This document shows, piece by piece, positions 33,098 through 34,183 of a DNA stretch of 34,183 nucleotides (its first letter is position 1; the number at the start of each line of letters is the position of its first letter). The notes under the pieces are model-generated. The model had not been told where the DNA came from. It ran no database searches and saw only the letters and a program-made list of their open reading frames with translations. A program made the position numbers and the translations under genes. Source of the DNA: Octopus bimaculoides (lineage: Eukaryota); NCBI RefSeq assembly GCF_001194135.2, contig NC_068994.1:13945719-13979901 (forward strand), given 5' to 3'.

Positions 33098-33390
33098 CTA
33101 TAACAAATAATAGAAAGAAAAAAAAAAAAGATCAAAATTGATATAACACACATATACATATATCTGCCAAATTAGATTGGAGCCTGGTGTTGCCATCCGG
33201 TTTCACCAGTCCTCAATCAAATTGTCCAACCCATGCTAGCATGGAAAGCGGACGTTAAACGAACGATATGTATATAATAATATTAGGAACAAAATCCAAA
33301 ATTACAGGCAAAAACTCAATTAAAATCAATTTATAAAAAATTAAAATTGGTTCTTTTCCCTAAAACTATATATTTATATATATATACACA

Positions 33391-33510
33391 CAATAATGCC
33401 TCGATATGTGAGTTAATTTGTTCCTGGAGACTGCTTGTAAAGCGAAAACTCATAAAGCAGAGCAATAATTTCCCATAATAGCAATGTTATAAATCATAAT
33501 TCATTCTCAG
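33391..33510 (+). mobile_element. Tigger/pogo-like MITE 5' end
   Basis: CAATAATGCCTCGATATG...TTAATTTGTTCC...AAGCGAAAACTC...TTTCCCATA resembles Tigger/MER44-type termini and follows a TA-rich run. Confidence 0.5.
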
Positions 33511-33580
33511 AAAAATATCTTACCAGTAAAATTTATAATAATCGTAAATAAATGGCAATAAAACAACAGTAGAATGTAAT

Positions 33581-33772
33581 GGCCTGAAATTCGTGGGGAG
33601 GGGACTAGTTGATTACATTGTCCTCAGTGTTTCACTGGTACTTAATTTATCGACCCTGAAAGGATGGAAGGCAAAGTCGACCTCGGCAGAATTTGAACTC
33701 AGAATGTAGCAGCAGATGAAATACCACGAAGCATTTTGCCCAGTGCGCTACCGATTCTGCCAGCTTGCCACC
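33581..33772 (-). mobile_element. SINE family 2, near full-length
   Basis: The - strand head reads GGTGGCAAGCTGGCAGAATCGGTAGC...TTCTGAGTTCAAATTCTGCCGAGGTCGAC, a tRNA-like B box. It is followed by an (AAT)n run on +. Confidence 0.85.
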
Positions 33773-33777
33773 TTAAG

Positions 33778-33829
<52 letters not shown>

Positions 33830-33845
33830 TGAGAACATGGAATAC

Positions 33846-33997
33846 CTTGGTAAAATCAAACTTCACACTTTTGATAACCTCAAAGGCAATCTGCATGGAA
33901 CCACCACCCATGTCAATAACACCAACTGTTCGCCGCCTAATGTGAGGTGTCACACTTCCTGTTTGACTAGAGACGTCAACAACTACAAGAGGATGAT
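33846..33997 (-). CDS. ENTPD4/7: ENTPD4/7-like NTPDase, internal exon containing apyrase conserved region 4
   Basis: Encodes HPLVVVDVSSQTGSVTPHIRRRTVGVIDMGGGSMQIAFEVIKSVKFDFTK. DMGGxSxQI is the GDA1/CD39 ACR4 motif. Acceptor tttttttatAG (phase 1), donor AAG|GTATTC (phase 0), 152 nt. Confidence 0.93.
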
Positions 33998-34148
33998 CTA
34001 TAAAAAAAATAAAAGAGAGAGAGAGAGTACAGATATAAATAGCGGAATAATGTTTCAAACTGAGAGCACCCAGAGAAATCAAACTTTGGAGAAGAACTGC
34101 CTTTGAACACATTTAGTTGCAAAGTGTTTTGACATCATCCAAAGAAGA

Positions 34149-34183
<35 letters not shown>

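Noticed and set aside
34152-34183. Terminal poly(A) run
   Set aside because: An intronic homopolymer (T-tract on the NTPDase strand) cut by the window edge; not evidence of an mRNA end or processed pseudogene.
1-34183. CRISPR arrays, rRNA genes, prokaryotic operon-like or defence systems
   Set aside because: No regularly spaced direct repeats with unique spacers, no rRNA-like sequence, and the window is intron-containing eukaryotic DNA.

Overview
AT-rich, repeat-dense eukaryotic draft-assembly DNA with seven N gaps. The tRNA-derived SINE families, RTE LINE remnants, abundant microsatellites and short C2H2 gene point to an octopus (coleoid cephalopod) genome; this is inferred from recalled repeat sequences, not from a search. 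Two convergent genes are supported. The first is a + strand five-finger C2H2 zinc-finger gene, best modelled as join(6913..6922,7073..7635), 190 aa. The second is a - strand ENTPD4/ENTPD7-type (Golgi/lysosomal NTPDase, yeast Ynd1-like) gene, of which five consecutive coding exons (33846-33997, 32937-33097, 30918-31242, 29923-30005, 27378-27539) splice in frame with GT-AG boundaries. Its 5' exons lie beyond the right edge, and I could not find the expected last exon carrying the second transmembrane helix. The remainder is mostly decayed transposons: Tc1-like (apparently DD36E), a mariner MITE, Buster/hAT nested in a Helitron, a solo LTR with TSD, a back-to-back Penelope-like pair, RTE and CR1 fragments, several SINE families and three long fold-back elements. 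I see no convincing wholly new biological system. The best leads are isoform hypotheses for the NTPDase, a probable dead zinc-finger relic, a possible divergent gene at the left edge, and dsRNA-forming structures relevant to cephalopod A-to-I editing.
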